The position numbers and the translations under genes were made by a program. Below the pieces are notes generated by a model. The model was not told the DNA's origin and did not search any database. It was given only the letters and a program-made list of their open reading frames with translations. A stretch of DNA of 62,277 nucleotides, filler included, from Platydemus manokwari (Eukaryota): the NCBI GenBank assembly GCA_037951405.1. It is 5 parts of 5 records of this genome, joined end to end, with 100 filler letters (N's around TTAATTAATTAA, not from the genome) between each part and the next. Parts side by side here need not be neighbours in the genome. Positions count along the whole stretch, not along the records: positions 9,277 to 18,707 come from JBBMOY011250319.1; positions 18,808 to 31,208 come from JBBMOY010156677.1; 3 more parts are not named here. The stretch is one strand, 5' to 3'. This document shows, piece after piece, positions 14,569 through 26,669 of the stretch. Position 1 is the stretch's first letter. The number at the start of each line of letters is the position of its first letter.

Positions 14569-17500
14569 GGCAATAATAATACCAATAATAAAAATAATAG
14601 AAGAAATTTACGTTCCAAAAAATACCTCCGTACAGGACATTGAACTAATGATTGCAAATCAATCAAAGACATTAATGGAAATCCAATTAAATGTTATAAA
14701 TGTGGTTTAACAAACCACTTAATAAGCCAATGTAAGTGCAATAACTTACAATGCGACAAACGTGCAAAGTAGGTCACAACGGATCTGTGTACATATCCAA
14801 ATCTACTAATGAAGCAAAACACGACATGGAAAATATGAAAGGCCGAATTAAATGTTTCTCATGAGCACAATTTGGCCATATAGGCCGATCGTGTCCAAAC
14901 CTTAACGAGGATAATCAACCACAGGGTCAACATACAACGCCAAAAAAATTTTGAATAGCACTTGACTATAGTTACGAGGAAAAGCTTTCTAGACTTATAC
15001 AGACGAACGTATTCGTCTAGAAACTGTAACTTCATAATCTTTAATTAAAATAAAACTAAATCACCTAACGAGAGGAAAACGGTAGACATTATATAATTAT
15101 TAAATGATTATCAATTAAACTCTTTGGTCATAGCCACCCGTATCACAATAAGAAAAAATAGTTACACTAAGGCCAAAGTTGCTGATATCTCTTTGATCTC
15201 AATAACCAATAAATTTCTCATAGCCAAAGTAGCTAATACAGAAAAAGGTAAAAATATGATATCTTTTCGTTATAGTAACCGACAAATCTCTCTAGGTTGT
15301 AGCCGCCGCTGTAAAAAATAGACAAATATCTCATGGCCAAAGCTACCGATACAATAATAGAGAAAGTATTCACCTGCACAGTCGATGATACAATTTGCAA
15401 ATAGGAATCAAGCTATAGTAGTTACTAATTTAGCCGATATAGTCGTCTCTACACAGGCCATAGTAGTCAATCGAGATCATCACACCTTAAATAATCAACG
15501 GGATTGTTCAGACGCCAAACTTGAAATTCTCGTGATCAAGCTGGATAAATCGGTACATATACTTAATAATACCGAGTCACTGAGAGCACTCAACACAGAA
15601 AACATTCTGGTCACAATAGAGATGACACAGGCAGAAAAGCAAGCATTGCTGCAATTACACACAGATGAAGAAAATGAGTTATCACAAAAGATAATTAATC
15701 GAACTAAAATATTACAAATGCTCGAAACCACAATCTTCATTACAGCACCAATAGAAATATTAGAGCTAGCAAAAATGAAAAGCGAGCATCTTTACTAGCC
15801 ACCTAATTATACAAACCTACAATGTATAAGTATGAAATTCAACTCTTACTCCGTCGGAACGGTTACGATATACGTAATAGTAGCAAGGTCCAAGAGCTAA
15901 TAACGGTACTCTTAAAAGCACTGCAATACGGTAGAAGTTGGTCAAATCACTATACGGTATTCAAAAAAACTAAGAAACAGAAAAATATCAAGCAACCAAG
16001 AGATCAATTTGTCATTGCAGCATGGGGAATACCCATAGACGATGGTGAATATCTCATCAATAAAAGATGCCTACCATGTTATACAACCTCAATTCAGTTT
16101 ATAGCTGTGCCAACAATCTACAATGAATCTTGTACAAAAGTAGCACTCAATTATGTAGTTAATAAAATGATACAAGCCACCAGGCTTAACGATAATGGAT
16201 TAAATGACACTGTCAATAGAATGACTGGATAGAATGGTTGGATCCAACTCAACGGTGGTTTGGAAAATTTCGTTCAAACTAACTCCAATCCAATGGGAGT
16301 ATTAGGAGTATTGGGAGGATTGACTGAAGGATTTATGGGTACATTACTAAAACTCGTACTAATTTTTGGGTTAATTAATAAGACTTCTATGCTTACCGCA
16401 TATGGTTGTGCCAAGCTTGAAATATCAACCATGTACTCACTCTTAGATTTGATAGGTTTTCCAGCCATACATCCATGCAGAGTCACTAGAGGACTAAAAG
16501 TAAATCTATACATTCTTGAAAGTACATTTATCGAACAATAATTACATAATGCTGAGTTACTTGAGCCGTTTTCGAGTACTACTGCCGAGCATTCAGTAAG
16601 ACATTCTATGATATAAAAATTATACATAGAAATATAAAAATCTCCCCAGAAAACTGTAATTAAGCCTGTGATATGGAAAAACTTCGAATAACAAATGAAC
16701 TACAATTCACAATTATGATAACTTATTCACTGGTCATCACTTTAACAACGCAACTGACAGAATCACTTACCAAATCTGGTGAAGCTTCTAAGTTTTTGGA
16801 AATTTCGTGGCAGAATGCACAGGCATCCATTTCATGTTTATGATTCTATATGCAATAGTAAAACAAGTAATTGCTGTTTATATCCTCTACAGATTCTTCG
16901 GATGTGACAGAAAACTATTCTTAGGAACATGTCCAACATTAGAAAATCACATAATCCGTTAAGAATCAAAATTTGTCTAGAAATTCTTGAAAGAACAGCT
17001 AAATGTCGTAAGGGAAAACCGATCTTCCAATGATGAATCTAATATATACTACAGTGGAAACCAAGATTATAGTCCGCAAACCTCAAAAATGAGTGAAATT
17101 ATCTACAAAAGATGCAAAATGTACTACTAGAATCCATGCAATGTGAAGCACTACTCGAAATCCGGCAGAAATGGCACAATACAATGATGCCACAGCACCA
17201 GTACAATATCCAGTTCAAAAATTAGGAAATATCAAACAAACATTTGATAATAATTCAATAATCTCCTATTACTTTGATAAGAATCAAAATGATCATTAAA
17301 TAATGGTAGGAGATAAAGCGATGATAGCGAATCGCACATGTATAAAAGGAATCTCACGAAAACTAACCCAGCCTTACAACGGACCACACATAGTCGAAAG
17401 AACTCTTAATACGAATCTCATAATCAGACTAGTAAGAAAAGTATGGAAGATCCTATCTGGGTACATGTCGACAGATGTAAAAAATATGAAGAATATAAAA

Positions 17501-17610
17501 AGGAAACGCAACCGGATCAAAATCCATCCACCAGTCAAAACTATCAAAACTAAACTATTAACGCACAAGGTTCAAATCAATCCAGATAATCACTCAGATC
17601 GCAAATGATC
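14100..17610 (+). mobile_element. Degenerate, internally deleted Gypsy-like LTR retroelement: gag with tandem CCHC knuckles, coiled-coil region, Bcl-2-like segment, chuvirus-type glycoprotein remnant, integrase C-terminal GPY/F region
   Basis: Knuckles CYKCGLTNHLISQC (14692-14733) and CFS*AQFGHIGRSC plus two decayed ones; WIQLNGGLENFV (16239-16274); LTAYGC..YSLLDL; integrase tail VGDKAMI..RKLTQPYNGPHIV..WVHVDRCKKY (17303-17490). No RT or RNase H seen and no LTRs identified. Confidence 0.8.
14503..14565 (+). repeat. (AAT)21 microsatellite encoding poly-Asn in the gag frame
   Basis: In frame with the 14281 ORF (offset 222), just before the zinc knuckles. Confidence 0.95.
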
Positions 17611-18631
17611 ATTATGACATTACTTAGCTAACTGTAAGATATATACAAAGCCCATCAACTGAGTCCGAAGTGGGGAGAATTTTGGATAACAGTAAAAAAT
17701 TCCTTACTACAACAAAAAAAGTTACATTCTTACAATCAAAAAAGCTATTGTCACAAAGTAACATACCTTCGACAATCAACAACCAAATAAAAAGATAACG
17801 GTCACCATGCAACAATCGTGTTATATCAAAAATAACCATAGAATAACTGATAATAATAAGGTAATTATCCAATCAAAATCTTATTAAGATAACAGATGAG
17901 AGACGATACATCTATCTCAAAAAGGAATGCAGTCGTTATAATTTAATAAGAATTAAGATAATAGATGAAGAGAGCCACCCTTCACACTTTCTATTACAAG
18001 GCAGTAATCAGACTAAATTACAATATGAAAGACATTAATGTGAACAATACATAATGATCATTACATATACAATGATCAACACTCCAGATATAACTCACAA
18101 GCAAGAAAGACATATTATTAACGCCACATTTAAATGTGAATGAGGCACGACAAAATCCACTACCACATGCTCTGCATGATACAATTAAATCACAAATAAT
18201 GGGGAAACTATCACCTCAATTATGGTCACTCATCAAAAAGATAAAACAAAGGACTTAGAAAAACAAAAATTAATCGATATAGTTTTTAATAGATGACGGC
18301 TTATCTATGAAGAGGAGGAACAATATAATAGAAACAATGAGGTACAAACACCTGTTCAACTAATTACTACAAATTTATGAGAAAATGTTGTGTTAATTAA
18401 TGAGGCAGAAGTAATGATAGCTCTGGTAGCAGCATCAATTATACTATTAGCCATAGTCTTACCGTTCCTAACAATATAAATAAGCAAATGCAAAAAGAAC
18501 AGACAATGTATAGGACTCCCAAGTAGATCTTATACAGTCACTTCATTATAACAATTAAGATTAAAATTATTATCTATATTTATCATGGCATCATATTTAT
18601 ATGGCATCATCATAACTTGAATACAGGTTAC

Positions 18632-18881
18632 TATTAGGGTGAACCAAAAGTTCTTTCCGATTTTCTACATCATTTTGTCCAATTGCTTTTTTACCAAATG
18701 AAGATGTNNNNNNNNNNNNNNNNNNNNNNNNNNNNNNNNNNNNNNNNNNNNTTAATTAATTAANNNNNNNNNNNNNNNNNNNNNNNNNNNNNNNNNNNNN
18801 NNNNNNNAAGTAGTTTTTAAAAAATTTTGATTTAAAGTTCAATATATAAAAATCGGACATTTCATATGGGACAACCTAATA
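18632..18881. mobile_element. Mariner-like terminal inverted repeats flanking gap 2 (element probably collapsed in the gap)
   Basis: Left TATTAGGGTGAACCAAAAGTTCTTTCCGATTTT versus reverse complement of right end TATTAGGTTGTCCCATATGAAATGTCCGATTTT. Imperfect match, so it may be two different elements. Confidence 0.5.
18708..18807. other. Assembly gap (N44-TTAATTAATTAA-N44)
   Basis: Directly visible. Confidence 0.98.
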
Positions 18882-19079
18882 TATGCATAAATACATACAT
18901 ACCTATCTATACGACACCTAAAGAATAAATCGATTTAATTGCTTTCTTTCGAAATTAAAATTCTAAATTAAATTTGCTAAAATTAAGTGAGGAACATTTT
19001 TATTGGTATTTATTATTACACCATCATCTTGTTAGAAATTTGTTATCCATATTTTTTCTAGCCATATGCTAAAACAAGA

Positions 19080-20165
19080 AGATATACAAATGACATATTT
19101 TGCCGGAGGAATATTGTCGAATCTTCTACTAATAAGTAATTCGGAGTGGAAAACGAAATGTCGTTGTGAGAAATCGTTTTATGAAACTTGCATTGTATGT
19201 ATTAATAATTCTTTAGTTGCGTGAGATGAATTTGGAATATTATATAAACTTCGATAACCATTTTTTTCAGTATTCTGCCGTTGAATCATGGGTGACGCCT
19301 AATTTTCTAATGGCTAGCTATCGATCATTTTTTCCATTTGAAAATCTAATTGCCAATGCTGGATCTTCTCGAGCTATTTTATTGTGGGCACTCTGGGCCA
19401 TTAGGCATACTATGAAAATTGAAAGTATGTTGGCTAGAATTTCTATAAATTTTTATTATGTACATTGATTATTTATTTGGATAAATACTGCCGTGAAATT
19501 TAATAAACATAAGAAAGATAGAATGATAGGTTGGATTTATATTTCTGTTTAACCAGTCTGCTTAAAGTCAAAAATAAGACCATCCTGTATCAGCAAATTG
19601 TGATACCGGCACAGAATTATCTACTTATCGTACTACAGTACTTGAATATTATGCAACATTATTATCATGCTCTTCAAACAAGTGATGAAATCATAGTTTT
19701 TCACAATCTAAATATTGAATTTGAAACGACACAATTAAGCGTTTTGTTACTAACTTAATCCTATTTTCAATAACATGCAGTGTTGAGTATGTCACAATCT
19801 TTGTGCACACTGTTATATCAGGATCTTCGATCGAGTTTGTGTTGGGGCACGTCATATATTTATTGTCATCTATTGAGTATTGAATGTTGAGTGATGAATT
19901 TGGAGTTCGTTGAGTAAAACATCTCCCGGACATAGATAACTGAATTGAATATACCAAAAATGTATAGATTTAGACCTCCGGTGACAAACTGATTGTTCAG
20001 GCTTGAGCATTTGGAGAATGAGAATGGGGGTTCCATTGCTGAAATTTGGCAAAGATTGATTGAGCAAAGTAGGCATTATGGGAATGTTAAGTGTTGTCGC
20101 TGGTGGCATGGTGGAGTTAAGACTTAAAATTTCTAACATATTCCTCTTTTTATATGACTTCACGT
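19080..20165 (-). pseudogene. Decayed Cys-containing, membrane-anchored ORF; possibly an env/glycoprotein fragment of a retroelement
   Basis: Frameshifted minus-strand pieces (QSVCHRR..FSYLCPG; YMTCPNTNSIEDPDITVCTK) followed by hydrophobic ILANILSIFIVCLMA. No diagnostic motif. Confidence 0.3.
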
Positions 20166-23100
20166 AACACAGATTTGTCCTGGAAATAACTTACAGCATT
20201 GTAGGATGGAAACCCGGATATATACACTATATGTGTGTCTATGTGTACTGAGATTTTTCAAACTATCCTTACAATTATTCGTCGAAACACTATAAAATAT
20301 GTATCGATATTTTTACCGAATACCCACTAAAATAGCAAACAAAATTGATTCCATATTTGGATAGATGGATTATGTTACTCTATTATATGTAAAAATAAAT
20401 ATCAATACATGGTATTATCTTCATGAAAATTTTTGTCTAGTGTATAAAATAATTTAAATTGTTTTATATTCTATTTTAAAATCCGACTTACAAGTAAATC
20501 ATCATATGAAGTTAATTTGATTAATAATACATTCATTGTCATACTTGTATAATCAATGAATATTTCACATGACTCCGAATCAAGAGTACTTAAAATCAAA
20601 ATTAGGAACTGTTACCAGTTAAATGTACATCTATATATGTTGGATCTACCTGATATAGAGCACAACAGTACTCGTCACTTATTACTTACAAATATTGTCG
20701 CGTTCGCGTTTATGCTCTAAACTTTCTAAATTGCCAATATTCGGAGATACTATTCACGAATGCGCTATAACTATTAAAAATAAATAATAGCCCGATATCA
20801 CGTAATATCGTTCTTAAAATTTGCTTCTTAGTTAATGGCAGTCTTCAACCAACTGTCATTCCTTTAAATACCGTTTTGCTAGCGACACACTGCACCAAAT
20901 TCTCTGCCACTGGCTTATCATTTTTAAGTCAATAATTTCTTAATTTGGAAATGTATTTATTATTTATAATTTTTACTCTAAATAAACAAACCAAATTGTT
21001 TAAATAATTAATTTCATTGTTTATTTTTAATATTATTTTATAAAATATTTATTTTAGAAATAATTATTTACTTTTGGTTTTTTATTTAGCTTTATCTCAA
21101 AAATATCAAATTCAATTCTTTGAATTTATTTTAGTTAATCATTTTTATTAATAATTTTTATTACTATCTATATCAATACTATTACCACTTCATATTGTCT
21201 TTATTATTTCAAATAATAACGAAAAACCTTAGAATACTTCTAGTACATTTTCTTGATAGTGAATAAATTCTTTATAATTAATATTTTACTGAATAAATGT
21301 GAATCCTGAAGTGCGCATTATTTGGCGAATATTTATGATAGATATTTGTTTCAAATTTCCACTGAATTACTTCCAATATAGTGCATTCTATAACAATTTT
21401 TAGACTTAAAATTATGGACGAGAAAGATTAATAATCATTATAATATCATTTTCATATTCTTATTTTTTCTTATTCAGTACGAGTTCAAATTGTCAAAAAG
21501 CACACTAAATTTAACAATATCAATTATTAGCTTTTAAAGTACTGTCCATTGAACTTGATTTACTAAGATGATACTGGGACGATCTTTTCTGCTGTTCAGC
21601 TAGTGTATCTCAGTTTAAGTATCGAATTTTGTAGTAGTGGTTCTTTTAGTGGTCTGTTTTGATTTTTTCTAAAAACATCATTGAAATAATTTAATTAATC
21701 ATAAAATATGAATTTTTCTCTATGCAATTAAATTATATTTTGAAAGAATTGGCGATTTCGAAATTTCACTTTGATATTCCGCTCAAAACATACAGTTAGA
21801 ATGATTAATTCAAAGATACGTTCCAATACTAATAAAAGGTTTTAAAATGTTAATAAAATTATAAATTCCATTTTATGTTCCATACATATCTAGACATTTA
21901 TTGGAGATTAAAATATGAGATTTCTAATATAATATCTACAGATTTCGGATCTTCACATTGAACTATTGAACTATCATTCGATCTTTCTGTCCATGAGTAC
22001 ATTTATATGCAAATGAATACATACAGTTCCAATTTAGAAACTTATTTAATATTCATGAATTTGTTTTCAAAAATTTGTCTAATAATAATCAATAATGGCG
22101 CAACGGTTATTCAGATATCAAAATTAGAACTCGATGAAAGGTAGCTCTATCAGGGTAGAATAATTTTATTTTCCTAAATATTGATAAATACTCATGTTAC
22201 GATTTTTGAATTAATTGAACTGGTTTACAAAGGTTATTTTACATTTGCAGGGAAAAGATATGCAGCTATTCTAGAGCGCCATCCTCGATTGATTGAATTT
22301 ATTCAAGTGCTTTCAGTGAATTTAAATCCATTGTTCGGTAGAATAAGAACACTGGCTACAGATATCATGACATTGTACTACACTCAGGATCCTACCGATA
22401 CAGATTTAAGCTATCAACTGATGGTGGAATGATATGAGGAAATGTTTGTAGCAAGATTTATGAGAATTTGACTTTAATTGTAAATAAACACACTGTGAGA
22501 CATGTTTAGTTATGTATTTCTTCTGGTTGATAGAGTATATTTTTAATGTTCTTTTAAGCAAGTGTGTAGATACAATTCTCAAAAACGCTTCTATTGTATT
22601 GTGGGTGTTGATTAATTTATAGATTCACAGCAATTACAATCTTAATACCTCCAGTATATTCTGCACTGATTGAAGTTGTAAAAAATTGAAACATTTGATA
22701 AATAAAATAATAAATCTATCACAAATCTATCAAAACAAATTATGTTAATCATGATAAATAAAATATTAATCACAAATTTATTATAAAATATTATAAATTT
22801 AACTTGCTGACCCTAGTTTATTTCGATTTCATATTTCGCTGTGTAAACGGACGGGTGAGATTTTCTAAAAATGAAGTAAAGAGTGATCATCCAGTAATCT
22901 TCTTTAAAATCGTTATCATCTCGATTTATCTGGTTCAAGGCCCTTGGATTGCGCTTGCGACGGAAAAGAAGGGAGCACCGCTAATCAGCAAGCAAGTAAC
23001 ATATAAAATCTCCATTATTTTTAATATTACTGTATTATTAATTCATCAAACATACTTTTACAACTTTAATAGTATCTGAATGCTCTCATTTAATCATAGG

Positions 23101-26100
23101 CGTAATCACCTGCAAAAGAATTAATCATGAATTGCGGAAATCTCATATAGTGAATTGTGTTGAATTTTTTACATGATATTATATTAGATTGCTGTAGTGA
23201 TTGACATCGATTGACAATAACATTATCATCATCTTGTTTTGATATATACACCTGGTCTCCAAAATCAAAATTTATTACATTTTTAAACGGGCCATCTTTT
23301 AAATTAATAAATGTCCTCTTTTAAAAATAATCAGTAGTAATAATAAAATATTTTTAGTCCATCTTTAGTGATTCAATTAACATATATTCTTTTAAAAGTA
23401 TGTTTCAGTAAGCAAATTTCTCCTACTTTTATATCAATATCAGGTACAATTACTAATCTACTAGTACTATTAGTTCTATTACGATACTTTTTTATATAAA
23501 CCAAATATATTTAAAATAATAAGTACAGCTATTTTTATTATATTTTTGTATAGATGATTCTAAATTTTGTAGATTCACATGTCAACTCTTTAGGTGTAAA
23601 ATGTCTAATAATATGACATAATATTTTTGTCAAATCATCATTTTCTATTATTCGTAAACATATATTAAGGATGTCTCAGTTCTAGGTGATATTATCTTGT
23701 TATTTTTAAAAACTTAATCTTATGGTGCTATATGTTAGGCCTCAGATGGTTTAATTTGGTTTCCTGACTTCAGAATGTTTTATGGATTAGTAATGCCTAA
23801 CTCCAGAAGACAGTGTAACAAAATGAGGTAAGCGATTTAAATTATAAATAAAATAAATGATGTAATAATATATATTTCTTCGAGAATAAAATAATTAATG
23901 ATAAACACAAGAAAAATCTAAATAACAATTATCAATAATAATTAACAGATATTGTTTAGCGAATATTATCTAACAAATAACCAGGAGTTGTTTATTGATT
24001 AAATTAATTAATAATACGCCATTGCTCTTTTAAGAGTTTATACGATCCTTCATCGGAGAGCGGCAAGGTCCTTTGATTTATTATAGAGTTTGAACCTAAT
24101 AGTCTGACAACTACAAGGAAAGTTCAAGATTACTTTGGATAAGGTTAAAAATGATTAGAGAGTGTTTGGGCTGGGCCTAAGACACCATTATTAATAATGA
24201 TGATTTTCATTATCATTTTTAAAGTTTAGAAAAATACAAAATAACTTTGCTTGTTGAGACACAATCGGTTTGCTTAGTTTTTTGTGTCTCGATTCACTAA
24301 GTGTCAGGCGCTTATCTAATTCAATTCAAGTTCTGAGTCATACAGTATGAATTGTCTCATGGTCTTTATTTTGTTTCGTTTGGATAGTTCAAAAATTTTA
24401 ATTTGTGAATTCGATAACGGCTGATATGACCAACCAATTCCTAATTGTGCTAATCGAGTTATAGCGTGCGAATAACTGAATCAATAACTTGCTGATTTTC
24501 ATAATCAACTTAGTATGAACTTTTATAATTATTGGGGTCTTTCTGATTTATTTGATTTCTTATGTGCTCGTTTCTTTGTTTTATCGGCCTATCATCTTTT
24601 GCTTTTATCTTTGTATTTTCAGTATCCCATTTTCAGTAACTTTTTTTATTGTACCATTTATATTTTTAATAATTTATCTGTTCTATTTTTAGATTTTATT
24701 TATTATATTTATATCTATTTTGTTATTTCTATTTATCGGAGGGTCTGACTCATTTAATAAACTTTAAAATATTATAATTATATATTTTAATATTGCGAAT
24801 TTTGGGTATTTCTGTACCCAACTGATATAAGTTTGTTAAAAATATTAGAGATAAAACTAAGAATATTTGGTAAATATTAATATATAATTTTATAATCCAG
24901 TGATTCCGAATTTTTATTTTTATTAAAATAACTTATAAATTTAGATGTCTTATTAATAAAGACAAATTTTCATTACCTAAGTCCTTATTTGTTGATCTTT
25001 AAAATTTATAGGAAGTTTCTTAATAACAATTTAATTACTTTAACATGCTCCTTTAGAAATAATAATTTACCAACATCATCCTCCATTATATTTTTAAATT
25101 TAAGATTCCAACAATGCGGGTATATGTGTTTCAAAAATGTTTTATATGCTTTACTATTTATTATAGATCATTGAAATTATTTTATCTGTATTTAATTTAA
25201 CACGAATCACATGACGATTCTAGTTATTTTTTGATCAGGGTACCGTGTATAAACATCTATAGTCCATAATTCAACTTTATTATATGCATAGTATCTCACT
25301 TTATGTGGATCCATTTATATATATTTTTGTTTTTTCAGCCGGTTTCGGAGGCTTTTGGAGGAGATTCAATTTTTATTAATTTGAGACTGGTTCGTCAAAC
25401 AATGATTATCCTTACTATTTGCTTGAGTGTCTCATATGTTACTTTCAGAAAAAGTAGATATTTTTTAATTTTGAGAAATATTTATTGAAGAAATATATTT
25501 TACTCTGTATTTATTTGTTTTAATAATAACTTGTTATTTTATATATTATTTAATAACAACATTTTAGTCGCATAGAGTCAAAAAATTAAAGATATAGAAC
25601 CTTTTTGTAATAAACTTGGATTAGTCATTTTTACAGACACATTTGGAGAAATCTTTGCGCATAATTTTACACAACCCTGATCAACCTATAAAAAATGATG
25701 TAGTTTAGATAGAGATCAAAGATTGTATGATAATTGTGGATTTCTATTTATAATTGAAAATAATATCGTGCGCATTATTGGGAGAAGATATAATACAGAA
25801 TCAGAATTAGCAATTTTGAATATGATGAAGTTTTGGGGGAAATGGATTGGATTCATATGTTATTGATCTATACTCATTTGTTTACTTAAGTATCAGTTAT
25901 TATCTGTGACTGTGTCGAAGTCTAAATGTCTAACATATCTATCTCTAGGCCTTCCCTAATTTATTTAAATGTCTTATAATTTTATCACTGAATCTGTTTT
26001 CTACCTATTTTTTCATTAATATTTAAACATTTATATCATAAGAAATATTTATTTACTCGGGCCTACTTTAATTACTTCAAATTATTTATTATACAAAGTA

Positions 26101-26669
26101 TTAAAATATCAGTGAAAATATAGCTATTGACAAAATTGAAACGTTTATATATGAAAATCATTTTAAGTATGATAAGCTAGAAGATATCAAGAACTCTAAA
26201 ATAAACTTGCTGATACTTGGTTTTCATTGAAATTCAGTATTTTGTTAAAAGTTAACATTGTAAATGGCTTTTATAAATTTAATTATTAACACTATATTAA
26301 CTATTAAATAATTTATTAAACAAAAAATTATACTATGCATAGTAAAGTTTATTTAAAATCCTATTCTTTACTTTAAAAGACTATAATATCAAGTTTTTAA
26401 ATATTAATCATTTATTCAGGCTTTAACAAATATACTACTATTATAAAATTATTATACTACATAATAAATAAGTGGTTTTTAAATTAAGCATCAATCAGAA
26501 AATTTTGAAATTTTATTAATTTACAAATTAAAAAAATTAAAACTCATAGTTGCAGTATAATAAAAAAGATAATATAAATAAAATAAAAATATCACTTATA
26601 GTTTCAAAAGTTTATTAGAATAAAGAAAATTTGTTTAAACCCTTACACATAATCTATTAGATTTCAAAA

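Noticed and set aside
14469-14672. Poly-Leu minus-strand ORF resembling a TM protein
   Set aside because: Antisense reading of the (AAT)n repeat in the gag frame.
23733-24184. Possible 450-bp solo LTR (TGTTAGGCC...GGCCTAAGACA)
   Set aside because: Imperfect termini, no TSD and no second copy in the window.
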